A stretch of DNA of 64,000 nt from an uncultured Clostridium sp. (GCA_900553785.1 USES01000001.1:45995-109994); one strand, 5' to 3'. Shown: positions 38,714 through 49,297, numbered from the stretch's first letter. Numbers and translations: made by a program. Notes: a model not told the origin generated them from the sequence alone.

Positions 38714-40641
38714 TATTCTCCCTTCTCAGTAGTGTTTGTTCTTACCTCCGTAATTATTGGTAGCACCATAGGATTACGTTTTGTTTTTCTATATACATAG
38801 TCGCATATTTCTTGTCTTAAGTTAGATTTTATACTTGACCATTCAGTAACATGAGCATCTTGAAGAGCTAGTATTTTTGACTTAGAAAATTCTCTAATTT
38901 CATCAACAAGATCTTCAGATTCACGAACATACACAAATCCTCTAGTTATTATGTCTGGTCCGCCAACTAAACGTCCAGTTCCGCTTTCTAATGAAAATAC
39001 TACAAGTATCATACCATTTTCAGATAATAATTGTCTATCACGAAGAACTATGTTTCCTACATCTCCTACACCTAGTCCATCAACTAAGACGATACCAGAT
39101 TGTACTTGTGTAGTAAGCCTAGCACCATGCTCATCAATTTCTAATATTCTACCGTTTTGAGATATGAATATATTTTCAGATTTTATACCAAGTGATTTAG
39201 CAAGTTCTTTATGATGTCTTAAAAATCTGTATTCACCATGTACTGGCATAAAGAATTCTGGTTTTGTTAAGCATAACATTAGCTTTAATTCTTCTTGGCA
39301 AGCGTGTCCAGATACATGGACATCAGCTAATTGATTATATATTACTTCCGCTCCGATCTTTTGAAGGCTATCTATTACTTTACCAATTGACTTCTCGTTT
39401 CCTGGTATTGGTGAAGATGAAAGAATTACCATATCATTTTCGGTAATAGTTACTTTTTTATGTTCGCCCTGCGACATACGTGCAAGACCAGCCATCGGTT
39501 CGCCTTGAGAACCTGTTGTAATAATTACGAGTTGCTCTGGATTATATAGGCCAATTTTATCTATGTCTATAAAAGTATCTTCTGGTGCAGTTAAATATCC
39601 TAGTTCACGTGCAACGTCCATAACACGTACCATACTTCTACCTATAATGCTTACTTTTCTTCCGAATTTTACTGCAGAATTAACTATTTGTTGAATTCTG
39701 TGAATATTAGAAGCAAATGTTGCAACAATTATTCTCTTTTTATTATTCATGAAAAGTTTATCAAATTCGATACCAACTTTTCTCTCAGACATTGTATAGC
39801 CTGGTCTTTCAACGTTAGTAGAGTCTGACATCAAAAGCTTAACTCCTTGATGTCCTAGTTCTGCAAAACGTTGGAAGTCCATTGGTTTACCATCTATTGG
39901 AGTATAATCTACCTTAAAGTCTCCTGTATGAACTACAGTACCAACAGGAGTAGTAATAGCAAATGCAACTGAATCTGCTATTGAGTGAGTTGTATGTATA
40001 AACTCAACTTTAAACTTGCCAAGAGTTATACTTTGTCCAGCCTCAACACACTTAATTTTAATATTATCTGGTAAATTATGCTCTTCAAGTTTAGCCTTGA
40101 TTAAACCTACTGTAAGTTTTGTAGCATAAATGGGTACATTAATTTTCTTTAAAAAATATGGTATTGAGCCTATATGATCTTCATGTCCATGAGTTATTAC
40201 CATTCCTCTAATCTTATTTTTATTTTTCTCAAGATATGTTATATCTGGTATAACCAAATCTACACCAAGCATGTCATCTTCTGGGAATGCGACACCACAG
40301 TCTACTACAATTATATCGTTACCATATTCAAATACTGTAATGTTTTTTCCTATTTCCTCTAATCCTCCTAAAGGAATTATCTTTAGTTTGTTCTTTTCGA
40401 AAAAGCTCTCTCTAATTGTCGGAACTTTCTTTGTTTCTTTTTTATTATTATTATCTGTTCTAGAATTTTTCTTAGGTTCTATCTTTTCTCTTTGCGTACG
40501 TTTTTTTTCTACTTTACTTTGTATATTTTCAATGCTTGCAGCATCAATATTTATATTTTCGTTTTTCTTAATTTTCTTTTTAATATTTAATTTATTACTC
40601 TTACTATCGTCATAAACGATACTATTATGTTTTTCTTCCAT
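38713..40641 (-). CDS. rnj: Ribonuclease J with a Lys-rich low-complexity N-terminal extension
   Basis: Metallo-beta-lactamase HGHEDH, beta-CASP and the RNase J C-terminal domain. The first ~90 aa are K/N/E-rich. Confidence 0.85.
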   Translation of the reverse strand: MEEKHNSIVYDDSKSNKLNIKKKIKKNENINIDAASIENIQSKVEKKRTQREKIEPKKNSRTDNNNKKETKKVPTIRESFFEKNKLKIIPLGGLEEIGKNITVFEYGNDIIVVDCGVAFPEDDMLGVDLVIPDITYLEKNKNKIRGMVITHGHEDHIGSIPYFLKKINVPIYATKLTVGLIKAKLEEHNLPDNIKIKCVEAGQSITLGKFKVEFIHTTHSIADSVAFAITTPVGTVVHTGDFKVDYTPIDGKPMDFQRFAELGHQGVKLLMSDSTNVERPGYTMSERKVGIEFDKLFMNNKKRIIVATFASNIHRIQQIVNSAVKFGRKVSIIGRSMVRVMDVARELGYLTAPEDTFIDIDKIGLYNPEQLVIITTGSQGEPMAGLARMSQGEHKKVTITENDMVILSSSPIPGNEKSIGKVIDSLQKIGAEVIYNQLADVHVSGHACQEELKLMLCLTKPEFFMPVHGEYRFLRHHKELAKSLGIKSENIFISQNGRILEIDEHGARLTTQVQSGIVLVDGLGVGDVGNIVLRDRQLLSENGMILVVFSLESGTGRLVGGPDIITRGFVYVRESEDLVDEIREFSKSKILALQDAHVTEWSSIKSNLRQEICDYVYRKTKRNPMVLPIITEVRTNTTEKGE

Positions 40642-40770
40642 TATATCACTCCTTTTTTGTTATTAAACCTAATTTATTTTCCGAACACATACCTTAACAT
40701 TTTTTACCGAACAAACCATGACATAACTGTCACAATACTTATTTAGTATACATCATTAGGGCTTCAAAGT

Positions 40771-40810
40771 CAAATAAAACAGCGTAGATTTGAACTAAAT
40801 CTACGCTGTT
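40771..40810 (-). terminator. Rho-independent terminator after the small higher-GC gene
   Basis: A perfect 14-bp stem (AACAGCGTAGATTT / AAATCTACGCTGTT) followed by UUAUUU on the minus strand. Confidence 0.65.
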
Positions 40811-40817
40811 TGCCTGT

Positions 40818-41120
40818 TTATAGACCTGCTTCGATGCTCTTCATGAGCTTTTTTGTGACTTTGAAATACTCTGAGGTTCTTTGTGTCATTCCAAGGAACT
40901 TTCTATCAGCACGTTTATCCCGCAGATAATCTACAACATAAGGTGCAAATGTATCCCTTTCAAGTGGCGCAACAAGTTCTAAGAACTCTTCATAGTCTTC
41001 TTCTTTACGAATAAGAAATTTAGCAAATGCCTTTGAATCCGGGTATTCACGTCCGCACATCCGCAGCGAACGTAACCCTTCTTCTAATTCATAACACATT
41101 TGTTCCAAAGTATTAGCCAT
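40818..41120 (-). CDS. Hypothetical 100-aa protein, visibly higher GC than its surroundings
   Basis: Intact ORF with a strong AAGGAGG RBS and its own terminator. Its codon usage is richer in G/C-ending codons than the flanking genes. Confidence 0.5.
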   Translation of the reverse strand: MANTLEQMCYELEEGLRSLRMCGREYPDSKAFAKFLIRKEEDYEEFLELVAPLERDTFAPYVVDYLRDKRADRKFLGMTQRTSEYFKVTKKLMKSIEAGL

Positions 41121-41230
41121 AATGAATTAGTCCTCCTTAAAAATTATTTTATAAGATTCGTAGTTTAAACTACAATTTAATTATAACATATTACAGATAT
41201 TATGTAAAGTATAATGAATAGTGAACATTG

Positions 41231-41264
41231 CAAAAATAAACCACTAAGCATTACTTAGTGGTTT
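41231..41264 (-). terminator. Terminator after tRNA-Trp
   Basis: An 11-bp stem (AAACCACTAAG / CTTAGTGGTTT) then a U tract on the minus strand. Confidence 0.6.
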
Positions 41265-41275
41265 ACTCTAACTTT

Positions 41276-41349
41276 TGGCAGGGGTACTAGGAATCGAACC
41301 TAGCTCTGGAGTTTTGGAGACTCTTATTCTACCAATGAACTATACCCCT
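41276..41349 (-). tRNA. tRNA-Trp (anticodon CCA)
   Basis: A manual fold of AGGGGTATAGTTCATTGGTAGAATAAGAGTCTCCAAAACTCCAGAGCTAGGTTCGATTCCTAGTACCCCTGCCA. It has a 7-bp acceptor stem, a GTTCGATTC T-loop, a CUCCAAA anticodon loop and an encoded CCA, and closely resembles bacterial tRNA-Trp. Confidence 0.85.
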
Positions 41350-41425
41350 AACTGCTCACAAAAGATATTATACTATATTACCAAAAAAAATCAAGATATT
41401 TTTTGAGTTTTGTCTAAAAATTTAA

Positions 41426-41767
41426 TTAAACATTTTTATCAGTTTTAATAACGCTTTCAAGAAATAATTTCTTGTTAAACGCTCCATTATTATTTTCTTT
41501 TTTCTTGGCCTCCTCAATTATTTCGTCAAAAGTAAAGCCACTTGTGCTAATCATAGCTTTTAGCACCTCTAATTTGTCCGCTAATTCTTTTTTTCTTTCT
41601 TCTTTTGACTGCGCATATTTTACTTCCAATAATTCCTCTGCATCTTTCTTTAACAAGCATTCCCAATATTCATCATTTTCTAATATTCTGTATATAGGTA
41701 TTTCTCCGTTTTCTTTAATAATATTTATTATATTATCTCTTACTAATTTATTATATACTCTTTTCAT
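41426..41767 (-). CDS. MazG-like nucleotide pyrophosphohydrolase domain protein
   Basis: The KLVRDNIINIIKENGE N-terminal motif is typical of small MazG/HisE-like NTP-PPases. The start is the Met after a GGAGG RBS. Confidence 0.5.
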   Translation of the reverse strand: MKRVYNKLVRDNIINIIKENGEIPIYRILENDEYWECLLKKDAEELLEVKYAQSKEERKKELADKLEVLKAMISTSGFTFDEIIEEAKKKENNNGAFNKKLFLESVIKTDKNV

Positions 41768-41871
41768 ATCATTCCTCCATACCATATATTGTACTATAAA
41801 CATACGTTCGTGTCAAGAGAATCAAAATACAGTGTATTAAATTAAATAGACACACTGTATTTCTAATCATT

Positions 41872-43194
41872 TTATTCTTTAGGTGTTTTTTTTACTTGTT
41901 TGCTCAACAGTTCCATGAATTCTACATTTGTTTTGGTTTTGTTTATCATGGAAATAATTTTTTCTATAACATCCAATTGTCCTGACGCATTTTGATTTGC
42001 AATCAACTTACGTATTATATTTTGAGCAGCCTGTTCATTCTTGTTAAGAAGTAAGTCATCACGTCTGCTTCCAGATTTAATAATATCTATAGAAGGGAAT
42101 ATTCTTCTATCACTTAATTTTCTATCTAATGTAATTTCCATATTTCCTGTTCCTTTGAATTCTTCAAAGATTATATCATCCATTCTACTTCCTGTATCTA
42201 TTAAAGCAGTTCCAAGTATTGTCAAGCTGCCACCATTTTCAATATTTCTTGCTGCTCCAAAAAATCTCTTTGGAAAGTGCAAGCACGCTGGATCTAGTCC
42301 TCCAGATAGAGTTCTTCCAGATGGCTCTACAGTCAAGTTATTTGCCCTTGCAAGTCTTGTAATACTGTCTAGAAGTATTACAACGTCCTTATTGTGTTCA
42401 ACAAGCCTTTTAGCTCTTTCTAAAACCATTTTTGCAACTTTAATGTGATGCTCTGGTGCCTCATCAAAAGTTGAAGAAACAACTTCAGCATCTATTGAAC
42501 GTTCGATATCTGTAACTTCTTCTGGTCTTTCATCTATAAGTAAAACCATAAGAATTACTTCTGGATTATTTTTTAAAATACTAGTTGCGATTTGCTTTAA
42601 TAATGTAGTCTTTCCTGCTTTAGGTGGTGCAACAATCATTCCACGACTTCCTTTACCAATTGGTGCAATTATATCTAAAAGTCTCATAGTTGTAGAATTT
42701 TCGCCATTTTCTAAAACAAGCTTTTCACAAGGATATATTGGAATTAGTGCATCAAAAGCTTTACGCTTTAGAGCTACTTCTACTCTATCATCATTGATAG
42801 CTTCAATATATATCATTGAAGGAAATTTATTCGCTGGGTCTGATGTAAATCTTGCAATTCCTTTTAACTTATCTCCAGTAGACAAATTAAATCTTCTTAT
42901 TTGAACTGCTGAAACGTATATATCTTTATTACCAGACAAATAATTGTCACTTCTTAAGAAACCGAAACCATCAGATAATACTTCAAGTATTCCTTCAGCA
43001 ATATAATCCGTCTCTGGATTTTCTATATGTATATCGTTTTTAACATCAAGTTCTTTTTTCTCTTCCAATTTCCCTATAATTTCTTCAATCAAATACTCTT
43101 TTTTTAATCTTTCATATCCATCTAGTTTTATTTTTTCTGCAATAGTTCTTAATTCAGCTAGTGTACTTTTCTTTAAATCATCTTTACTATACAT
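41872..43194 (-). CDS. rho: Transcription termination factor Rho
   Basis: A Rho N-terminal domain, an RNA-binding cold-shock-like domain and an ATPase (Walker A GKGSRGMIVAPPKAGKT). Confidence 0.95.
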   Translation of the reverse strand: MYSKDDLKKSTLAELRTIAEKIKLDGYERLKKEYLIEEIIGKLEEKKELDVKNDIHIENPETDYIAEGILEVLSDGFGFLRSDNYLSGNKDIYVSAVQIRRFNLSTGDKLKGIARFTSDPANKFPSMIYIEAINDDRVEVALKRKAFDALIPIYPCEKLVLENGENSTTMRLLDIIAPIGKGSRGMIVAPPKAGKTTLLKQIATSILKNNPEVILMVLLIDERPEEVTDIERSIDAEVVSSTFDEAPEHHIKVAKMVLERAKRLVEHNKDVVILLDSITRLARANNLTVEPSGRTLSGGLDPACLHFPKRFFGAARNIENGGSLTILGTALIDTGSRMDDIIFEEFKGTGNMEITLDRKLSDRRIFPSIDIIKSGSRRDDLLLNKNEQAAQNIIRKLIANQNASGQLDVIEKIISMINKTKTNVEFMELLSKQVKKTPKE

Positions 43195-44524
43195 AACTTA
43201 ACTCCTTTTCTTCTACGTATTCGCATATATAATCATAACCATGTACTTTTGTTATTTTCACATTATAAAAGCCACCTATTATGATATTTGATGTATCTTG
43301 ATCAATAGGCAAATAAATTTTGGGATCAACGTCTGGTGAGTCCATATAAGATCTGCATTCAAAATACATTTCATCAGGGGACACATCTTGTACCAATACC
43401 TTAACAACCTTGCCTATGTTTTTGGACATTTGCACCTTTAAAACTTCCTGCTGCAATTTCATTATTTCATCATATCTTTGAGTTTTAATTTTTTCGTCTA
43501 TTTGATTAGGCATTAAAGCTGCCTTTGTATCTTCTTCTGCAGAATAAGTAAAAGCTCCCAGTCTATCAAATTTAAAATCTAAAATTGCCTTTTTAAGTTC
43601 AGCAAAATCCTCGTCAGTTTCTCCTGGGAAACCAGTCATAACAGTCGTTCTAATAATAGCATCTGGTATTTCTTCTCTTATTTTTTGTATAAGTGTATAC
43701 ACCTCAGCTTTGTTAGTGTGTCTATTCATTGCCTTTAACATATTATCTGAAATATGTTGAAGAGGTAAATCAAAATACTTGCATATTTTAGGGTTATTTT
43801 TTATCTCAGAAAGTAATTCATCATTTACCTTACCAGGGTACATATATAATACTCTAATCCACTCTGTATCTAATTTAGACAACTCTTTAAGCAAAGAATA
43901 TAACATTGGTTTTCCATATAAGTCAATCCCATATGATGTTGTATCTTGAGCTATTACTACAAGTTCTTTTATTCCTTTATCTACCAAGCCTTTTGCTTCT
44001 CTAACAATATCTTCAATTTTTCTACTCTTAAGTCCTCCTCGAATTAAAGGAATAGCGCAATAAGTACAATTATTATTGCATCCATCTGCAATTCTTAAAT
44101 ATGCTGTTGGAAATTTTGTGGATATCATTCTATTATTAAAATCTAAGCAAAAATTTTGCTCTTTAAGATTAAAATGTTCTGAAAAAATTTTGTCAATATT
44201 GTTATATTCATCTACGCCAATAACTAAGTCTACTTCTGGAAAGTTAGAATAAATTTCTTGTTTGTATCTTTTTGCTAAACAACCAGTTACGATTAAGTTC
44301 TCACAAACTCCTGTGGTTTTCAAGTTTGCCATATCTAATATTGTACTGATTGCCTCTTCTTTTGCAGATTCAATAAACCCGCATGTATTTACTATAATTA
44401 CTTGTGCTGCATATATATCTGTAGTTATTTCAAATCCTTTAGTTTTCATAAAACCTAAAATCATTTCGCTGTCTACTTCGTTTTTGCAGCATCCAAGTGT
44501 CACTAATGCCACTTTTTTAATCAT
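43187..44524 (-). CDS. rimO: Ribosomal protein S12 methylthiotransferase RimO
   Basis: An MTTase N-terminal domain (VTLGCCKNEVDSE), a radical SAM motif (CNNNCTYC) and a C-terminal TRAM domain. Confidence 0.85.
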   Translation of the reverse strand: MIKKVALVTLGCCKNEVDSEMILGFMKTKGFEITTDIYAAQVIIVNTCGFIESAKEEAISTILDMANLKTTGVCENLIVTGCLAKRYKQEIYSNFPEVDLVIGVDEYNNIDKIFSEHFNLKEQNFCLDFNNRMISTKFPTAYLRIADGCNNNCTYCAIPLIRGGLKSRKIEDIVREAKGLVDKGIKELVVIAQDTTSYGIDLYGKPMLYSLLKELSKLDTEWIRVLYMYPGKVNDELLSEIKNNPKICKYFDLPLQHISDNMLKAMNRHTNKAEVYTLIQKIREEIPDAIIRTTVMTGFPGETDEDFAELKKAILDFKFDRLGAFTYSAEEDTKAALMPNQIDEKIKTQRYDEIMKLQQEVLKVQMSKNIGKVVKVLVQDVSPDEMYFECRSYMDSPDVDPKIYLPIDQDTSNIIIGGFYNVKITKVHGYDYICEYVEEKELSYV

Positions 44525-44660
44525 TAAAATTTCTCCTTTAACTAAACCATAACAATTATATCACAAAGTTGCGTTTTTGTGAACTGGTAATAATGTAAAA
44601 AATGTAAAGTATTAAATAAAAGAGAGGGTATAACGCTTAATATACACCCTCTTTTTATTC

Positions 44661-46115
44661 TTATTTTCTTTTTTCTAGTTCTTCTTTTACCAATTTATTT
44701 ACCATTACTGGGTTTGCTTTACCATGAGATTCTTTCATTGTTTGACCAACAATAAAGCCCATTGCTCTTTCTTTTCCAGCCAAATAATCTGCAACAGAAG
44801 CTGGGTTTAGATCCAATACTTTAATTACAATATCACGTATTGCTCCCTCATCAGTTACCTGTTTTAAGCCTTTTTCTTCTACAATACTTTCAGGATCTTT
44901 TCCGCTTTGTGCCATATCTTCAAATACTTTCTTTGCTATAGCTGAAGATATAACGTTTTTCTCAATAAGAGATATAAGATTTCCTAACTGTTCTGCTGTA
45001 AACTTTGCTTCAGCTATATCTATTTCTTGCTCATTAAGTATTCTTGCAACATCACTCATTAACCAGTTAGATACAAGTTTTGCGTTACCACAAGTTTTAA
45101 CTGCCTTATCAAAGAATTCTGCCATATGTTTTGAATTTGTAATTTGTTCTGCATCATACTCTGGCAAACCAAATTCTTCTATATATCTATGTTTACGTAC
45201 ATTTGGCATCTCTGGCAAACTCTCTTTAATACCGTTTATGTATTCGTCACTTAAAACTATTGGTGCTAAATCTGGCTCTGGGAAATATCTATAATCATGT
45301 GCGTCTTCCTTTGTACGCATTGCATAACCAATTCCCTTGTCATCGTCCCAACGTCTTGTTTCCTGGTAAATCTTTCCGCCATTTTCTAGTTCTTTAATTT
45401 GACGTTCTGTTTCGTACTCAATTGACCTTGCAATAGCTTTAAATGAGTTTAAGTTCTTAGTTTCTGTACGAGTACCAAACTTTGTTTCTCCTTTCTTTCT
45501 AACGGAAAGGTTTACATCACAACGAAGTGAACCTTCTTGCATTTTACAGTCACAAATCTCTAAATACTCTAGAATAGATTTTAAAGTCTGCATGTAACCT
45601 ACAGCTTCTTCTGCTGAACGTATATCTGGTTCAGAAACAATTTCTATTAGAGGTACACCACATCTGTTAAAATCTACTAATGTGTCGCCAGTGTAAGGAT
45701 CATGTATTAATTTACCTGCGTCTTCTTCTATATGTATTCTTGTAATACCAACACGTTTCTTTTGGTCACCAACCATGAATTCTACATGTCCATGTTCACA
45801 CAAAGGCAAATCATATTGTGAAGTCTGGTAAGCTTTAGGAAGGTCAGGGTAGAAATAATTTTTTCTATCTTGCTTTGAAAATCTTGCTATCTCACAATTA
45901 GTAGCAAGTCCCATTTTAACTGCATACTCTACAACTTTTTTATTTAGTACAGGAAGTACTCCTGGCATACCTGTACAAATTGGACAACAATGAGTGTTAG
46001 GATCTGATCCAAACTCTGTTGAACAACCACAGTATATTTTAGTTTTTGTAGCAAGTTCTGCATGGACTTCAAGTCCAATTATAACTTCATAATCTTCCCT
46101 CATTACTTTTTCCAT
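44661..46115 (-). CDS. gatB: Asp/Glu-tRNA amidotransferase subunit B
   Basis: 484 aa. The GatB/YqeY C-terminal domain and the typical IGLEVHAEL N-terminus. Confidence 0.9.
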   Translation of the reverse strand: MEKVMREDYEVIIGLEVHAELATKTKIYCGCSTEFGSDPNTHCCPICTGMPGVLPVLNKKVVEYAVKMGLATNCEIARFSKQDRKNYFYPDLPKAYQTSQYDLPLCEHGHVEFMVGDQKKRVGITRIHIEEDAGKLIHDPYTGDTLVDFNRCGVPLIEIVSEPDIRSAEEAVGYMQTLKSILEYLEICDCKMQEGSLRCDVNLSVRKKGETKFGTRTETKNLNSFKAIARSIEYETERQIKELENGGKIYQETRRWDDDKGIGYAMRTKEDAHDYRYFPEPDLAPIVLSDEYINGIKESLPEMPNVRKHRYIEEFGLPEYDAEQITNSKHMAEFFDKAVKTCGNAKLVSNWLMSDVARILNEQEIDIAEAKFTAEQLGNLISLIEKNVISSAIAKKVFEDMAQSGKDPESIVEEKGLKQVTDEGAIRDIVIKVLDLNPASVADYLAGKERAMGFIVGQTMKESHGKANPVMVNKLVKEELEKRK

Positions 46116-47827
46116 CCTTTCATAATTTCTTCTATTTTTGTGTAAATATCTTCTACATCTACAAGTATAGCTTCATCATTTCCTTTAATCTTAACTTCAA
46201 ATTTATTTTGTTCAAGATTTCTTTTACTTACTACTATTCTAATGTTTGCTCCTATTAAATCTGCATCTGCAAATTTTACGCCTGCACTCTTATTTCTATC
46301 ATCTAAAAGTACATCTAGTTTTAAATTTAGTAAGCCTTTATACAAATCATCTGCTATACATTTAATTTGTTCTGTCTTAGTATAATCTACTGGTACTATA
46401 TGAACATCATATGGTGCAATTTCTACTGGCCAATTAGTAGCTTTTTCAGTTCCACGAGCTTCCAATACTGATGCCATAAGACGGCCTACTCCAATTCCGT
46501 AGCATCCCATTATAGGGGTATTTTCTTTTCCTTGCTCATCATGGTAAGTCATACCCATTGCAGAAGTATATTTTTTACCTAATTTGAATATGTTTCCAAC
46601 TTCAATACCATTAGATATGTTTACTGTTTTTTTACCACACATAGGACACATATCTTCAGTCGTAATTTTAGCTATATCTACAAATTTAACATCTTTTACA
46701 TCACGTAAAAGATTTATTCCTTTTATGTGATGATCTTTCTTATTTGCACCAGCAACTAAAGATTTTTCACCCTCAAGAGATTTATCATAAATAACAACAG
46801 CCTTTGCATCCAAACCAACTGGCCCTATAAAACCATAACAGATGCCATCTCCTTCTTCCTCTGTTTTTGGTACAAGATGCTCATCATCAACCTTAAGAAG
46901 ATTTCTTAGCTTTGTTTCATTTACTTCTTTATCTCCACGAACAAATACTATAACAGTTTCTTTCGTATCAATTCTATAATACACAACTGCTTTAATAAAT
47001 TGGATTCTTGGAATATTTAAATATTCTTCTAAAGCTTCAATAGTTTTAATATCTGGTGTGTAAACTTCCTCTAATGCAGTCTCTATACTATTAGGGCTAT
47101 TTTCATATTTACATTCTGCAACGTCCATGTTTGCACTAAAATTACATGAACCACATGTAACTATTTTATCTTCTCCAGCATCACAAAGTAACATATACTC
47201 ATGAGCAGTGCTTCCGCCCATCATGCCAGTATCTGATGCTACTGCCACAACTTCTGGTATTCCAGCTCTTGCAAATATTCTGTTATATGCATCGTAATAT
47301 TCGTTATATACAGTATCTAGACTTTCTTCACTAGTATGGAAAGAATATGCATCTTTCATAGTAAACTCTCTTACACGAATAAGTCCGCCCCTACTTCTTG
47401 CCTCATCTCTAAACTTAGTTTGTATTTGGTATATTGAAAATGGGTATTTAGTATAAGATACTGCTTCGTTTAATGCTGTAAATACAGCTGCTTCTTCGTG
47501 TGTCATAGATAGTACCATATCAGTATTAGTTCTATCTTTAAATCTTAATAATTCTGAGCCTACTGAATCGTATCTACCAGCCATATCCCACAATTTTTTA
47601 GTAGCAACAACTGGCATAAGTATTTCTTGTGCGCCAATTTTGTTCATTTCTTCACGAATTATATTTTCAATTTTACTTGCAACTTTATATCCTAATGGCA
47701 TAAGTGTAAATATTCCACTTGCCATCTGCTTAATATAGCCACCTTTTAAAAGTAGTCCATGGCTTTTTAAAGTTGCTTCACTTGGCCAATCTTTTTTTGT
47801 ATCTCCTATAATTTTAGATTGTAACAT
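46103..47827 (-). CDS. proS: Proline--tRNA ligase (bacterial type with an editing domain)
   Basis: Class II motifs (FRDEARSRGGLIRVREF). An N-terminus similar to ProRS (GGYIKQMASGIFTLMPLG). A C-terminal anticodon-binding domain. 574 aa. Confidence 0.85.
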   Translation of the reverse strand: MLQSKIIGDTKKDWPSEATLKSHGLLLKGGYIKQMASGIFTLMPLGYKVASKIENIIREEMNKIGAQEILMPVVATKKLWDMAGRYDSVGSELLRFKDRTNTDMVLSMTHEEAAVFTALNEAVSYTKYPFSIYQIQTKFRDEARSRGGLIRVREFTMKDAYSFHTSEESLDTVYNEYYDAYNRIFARAGIPEVVAVASDTGMMGGSTAHEYMLLCDAGEDKIVTCGSCNFSANMDVAECKYENSPNSIETALEEVYTPDIKTIEALEEYLNIPRIQFIKAVVYYRIDTKETVIVFVRGDKEVNETKLRNLLKVDDEHLVPKTEEEGDGICYGFIGPVGLDAKAVVIYDKSLEGEKSLVAGANKKDHHIKGINLLRDVKDVKFVDIAKITTEDMCPMCGKKTVNISNGIEVGNIFKLGKKYTSAMGMTYHDEQGKENTPIMGCYGIGVGRLMASVLEARGTEKATNWPVEIAPYDVHIVPVDYTKTEQIKCIADDLYKGLLNLKLDVLLDDRNKSAGVKFADADLIGANIRIVVSKRNLEQNKFEVKIKGNDEAILVDVEDIYTKIEEIMKGWKK

Positions 47828-47839
47828 AACTTCTCCCCT

Positions 47840-49297
47840 TTAAATATTAGGTTTAACCTTAGAAAAATCCGTTGCTTGTTCATAAGCGTGTGAAATGTTT
47901 AGAAGTAATGCTTCATCAAAAGCTTTACCAATAAACTGTAACCCTATTGGAAGGCCTGTTGCATCAAACCCACCTGGTATAGATATTGCAGGTATTCCTG
48001 CTATATTTACTGGAACTGTAAATATATCTTCTAAGTACATTTCAGTTGGATTAGATAATTTTTCTCCAAACTTAAATGCTCCACTTGTAGTTGTTGGAAG
48101 AGCTATAACATCTACTTCTTCAAAAGCCTTTTTAAAGTCATCAACTATTAATGTTCTAACTTGTCCTGCACGTTTATAATAAGCATCATAGTATCCAGAA
48201 CTTAGTACATATGTGCCAAGCATAATTCTTCTTTTTACCTCATCACCAAAGCCTTCAGTTCTAGATTTTGAATATATATCTTGAAGGTCATCAAACTCTT
48301 TTGTTCTGTAGCCATATTTTATTCCATCATATCTAGCAAGGTTAGATGAAGCTTCTGCAGTTGCTATTATGTAATATGTAGGCAAAGCATATTTTGCATA
48401 ATCTAACGCTACTTCTTTAATTTCGCAGCCAAGAGATTTTAATACTTCAATAGATTTATTAAATATTTCTAATTTATCTTCTGCTAAACCATTTTTAAAA
48501 AATGAGAAAGGCACACCAACTTTTAATCCCTTAATTGGATTGTTAAGAGTTGTAGTATAATCTGGTACAGTGTATTCTACTGATGTAGAATCTTTTTTAT
48601 CATGACCTGCAATAACGTTCATAATTATAGCCGCATCCATTGTATCTTTTCCAAATGGTCCAATTTGATCAAGTGATGACCCAAATGCTACAAGACCAAA
48701 ACGAGATACAAGACCATATGTTGGTTTAAGTCCTACTATACCACAATATGAAGCTGGTTGACGAATACTTCCACCAGTATCTGAACCTAAAGATGCGTAT
48801 ACCATATCTGCTGCAACACTTGCTGCACTTCCACCAGATGAACCGCCAGGTACACGAGTTGTATCCCATGGATTTGTAGTATTTTTAAATGCAGATGTAG
48901 CTGTAGAAGAACCCATTGCAAATTCATCCATGTTCGTTTTACCAACAATTATTGCACCTGCGTTTTCTAATCTCTCTACAACAGTAGCATTATATGGGCT
49001 TATAAAGTTCTCTAACATTTTTGAAGAACATGAAGTTTGAGTATTTTCCATACACATATTGTCCTTTATAGCAATAGGCACACCACCTAATACTCCTATG
49101 TCTTCTCCTGAATTTAACTTTTCTTGTAGGGCTTCTGCTCTTTTATATGCATACTCTTTGTTTAAAGTAACAAATGCTTGAATTTTAGGCTCTAGGGCGT
49201 CAATTCTTGCAAAAGTATCATCTAAAACGTCTTTAATACTTACTTCTTTATTTTTTATTCTATCTGCTATTTCATGCATTGTAAATTTTTCGTACAT
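47840..49297 (-). CDS. gatA: Asp/Glu-tRNA amidotransferase subunit A
   Basis: An amidase signature ([13 protein letters not shown]). Confidence 0.9.
   Translation of the reverse strand: MYEKFTMHEIADRIKNKEVSIKDVLDDTFARIDALEPKIQAFVTLNKEYAYKRAEALQEKLNSGEDIGVLGGVPIAIKDNMCMENTQTSCSSKMLENFISPYNATVVERLENAGAIIVGKTNMDEFAMGSSTATSAFKNTTNPWDTTRVPGGSSGGSAASVAADMVYASLGSDTGGSIRQPASYCGIVGLKPTYGLVSRFGLVAFGSSLDQIGPFGKDTMDAAIIMNVIAGHDKKDSTSVEYTVPDYTTTLNNPIKGLKVGVPFSFFKNGLAEDKLEIFNKSIEVLKSLGCEIKEVALDYAKYALPTYYIIATAEASSNLARYDGIKYGYRTKEFDDLQDIYSKSRTEGFGDEVKRRIMLGTYVLSSGYYDAYYKRAGQVRTLIVDDFKKAFEEVDVIALPTTTSGAFKFGEKLSNPTEMYLEDIFTVPVNIAGIPAISIPGGFDATGLPIGLQFIGKAFDEALLLNISHAYEQATDFSKVKPNI

Noticed and set aside
40642-40830. 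A T-box riboswitch upstream of the rnj-gltX-ileS string
   Set aside because: I looked for the conserved AAUUAGGGUGGNACCGCG box on the minus strand and did not find it. Only an unrelated CATTAGGGC occurs on the wrong strand.
41276-41349. An alternative reading of the tRNA as lying on the plus strand or having a different anticodon
   Set aside because: The T-loop GTTCGATTC and the 3' CCA occur only on the minus strand. The only consistent cloverleaf puts CCA (Trp) in the anticodon position.
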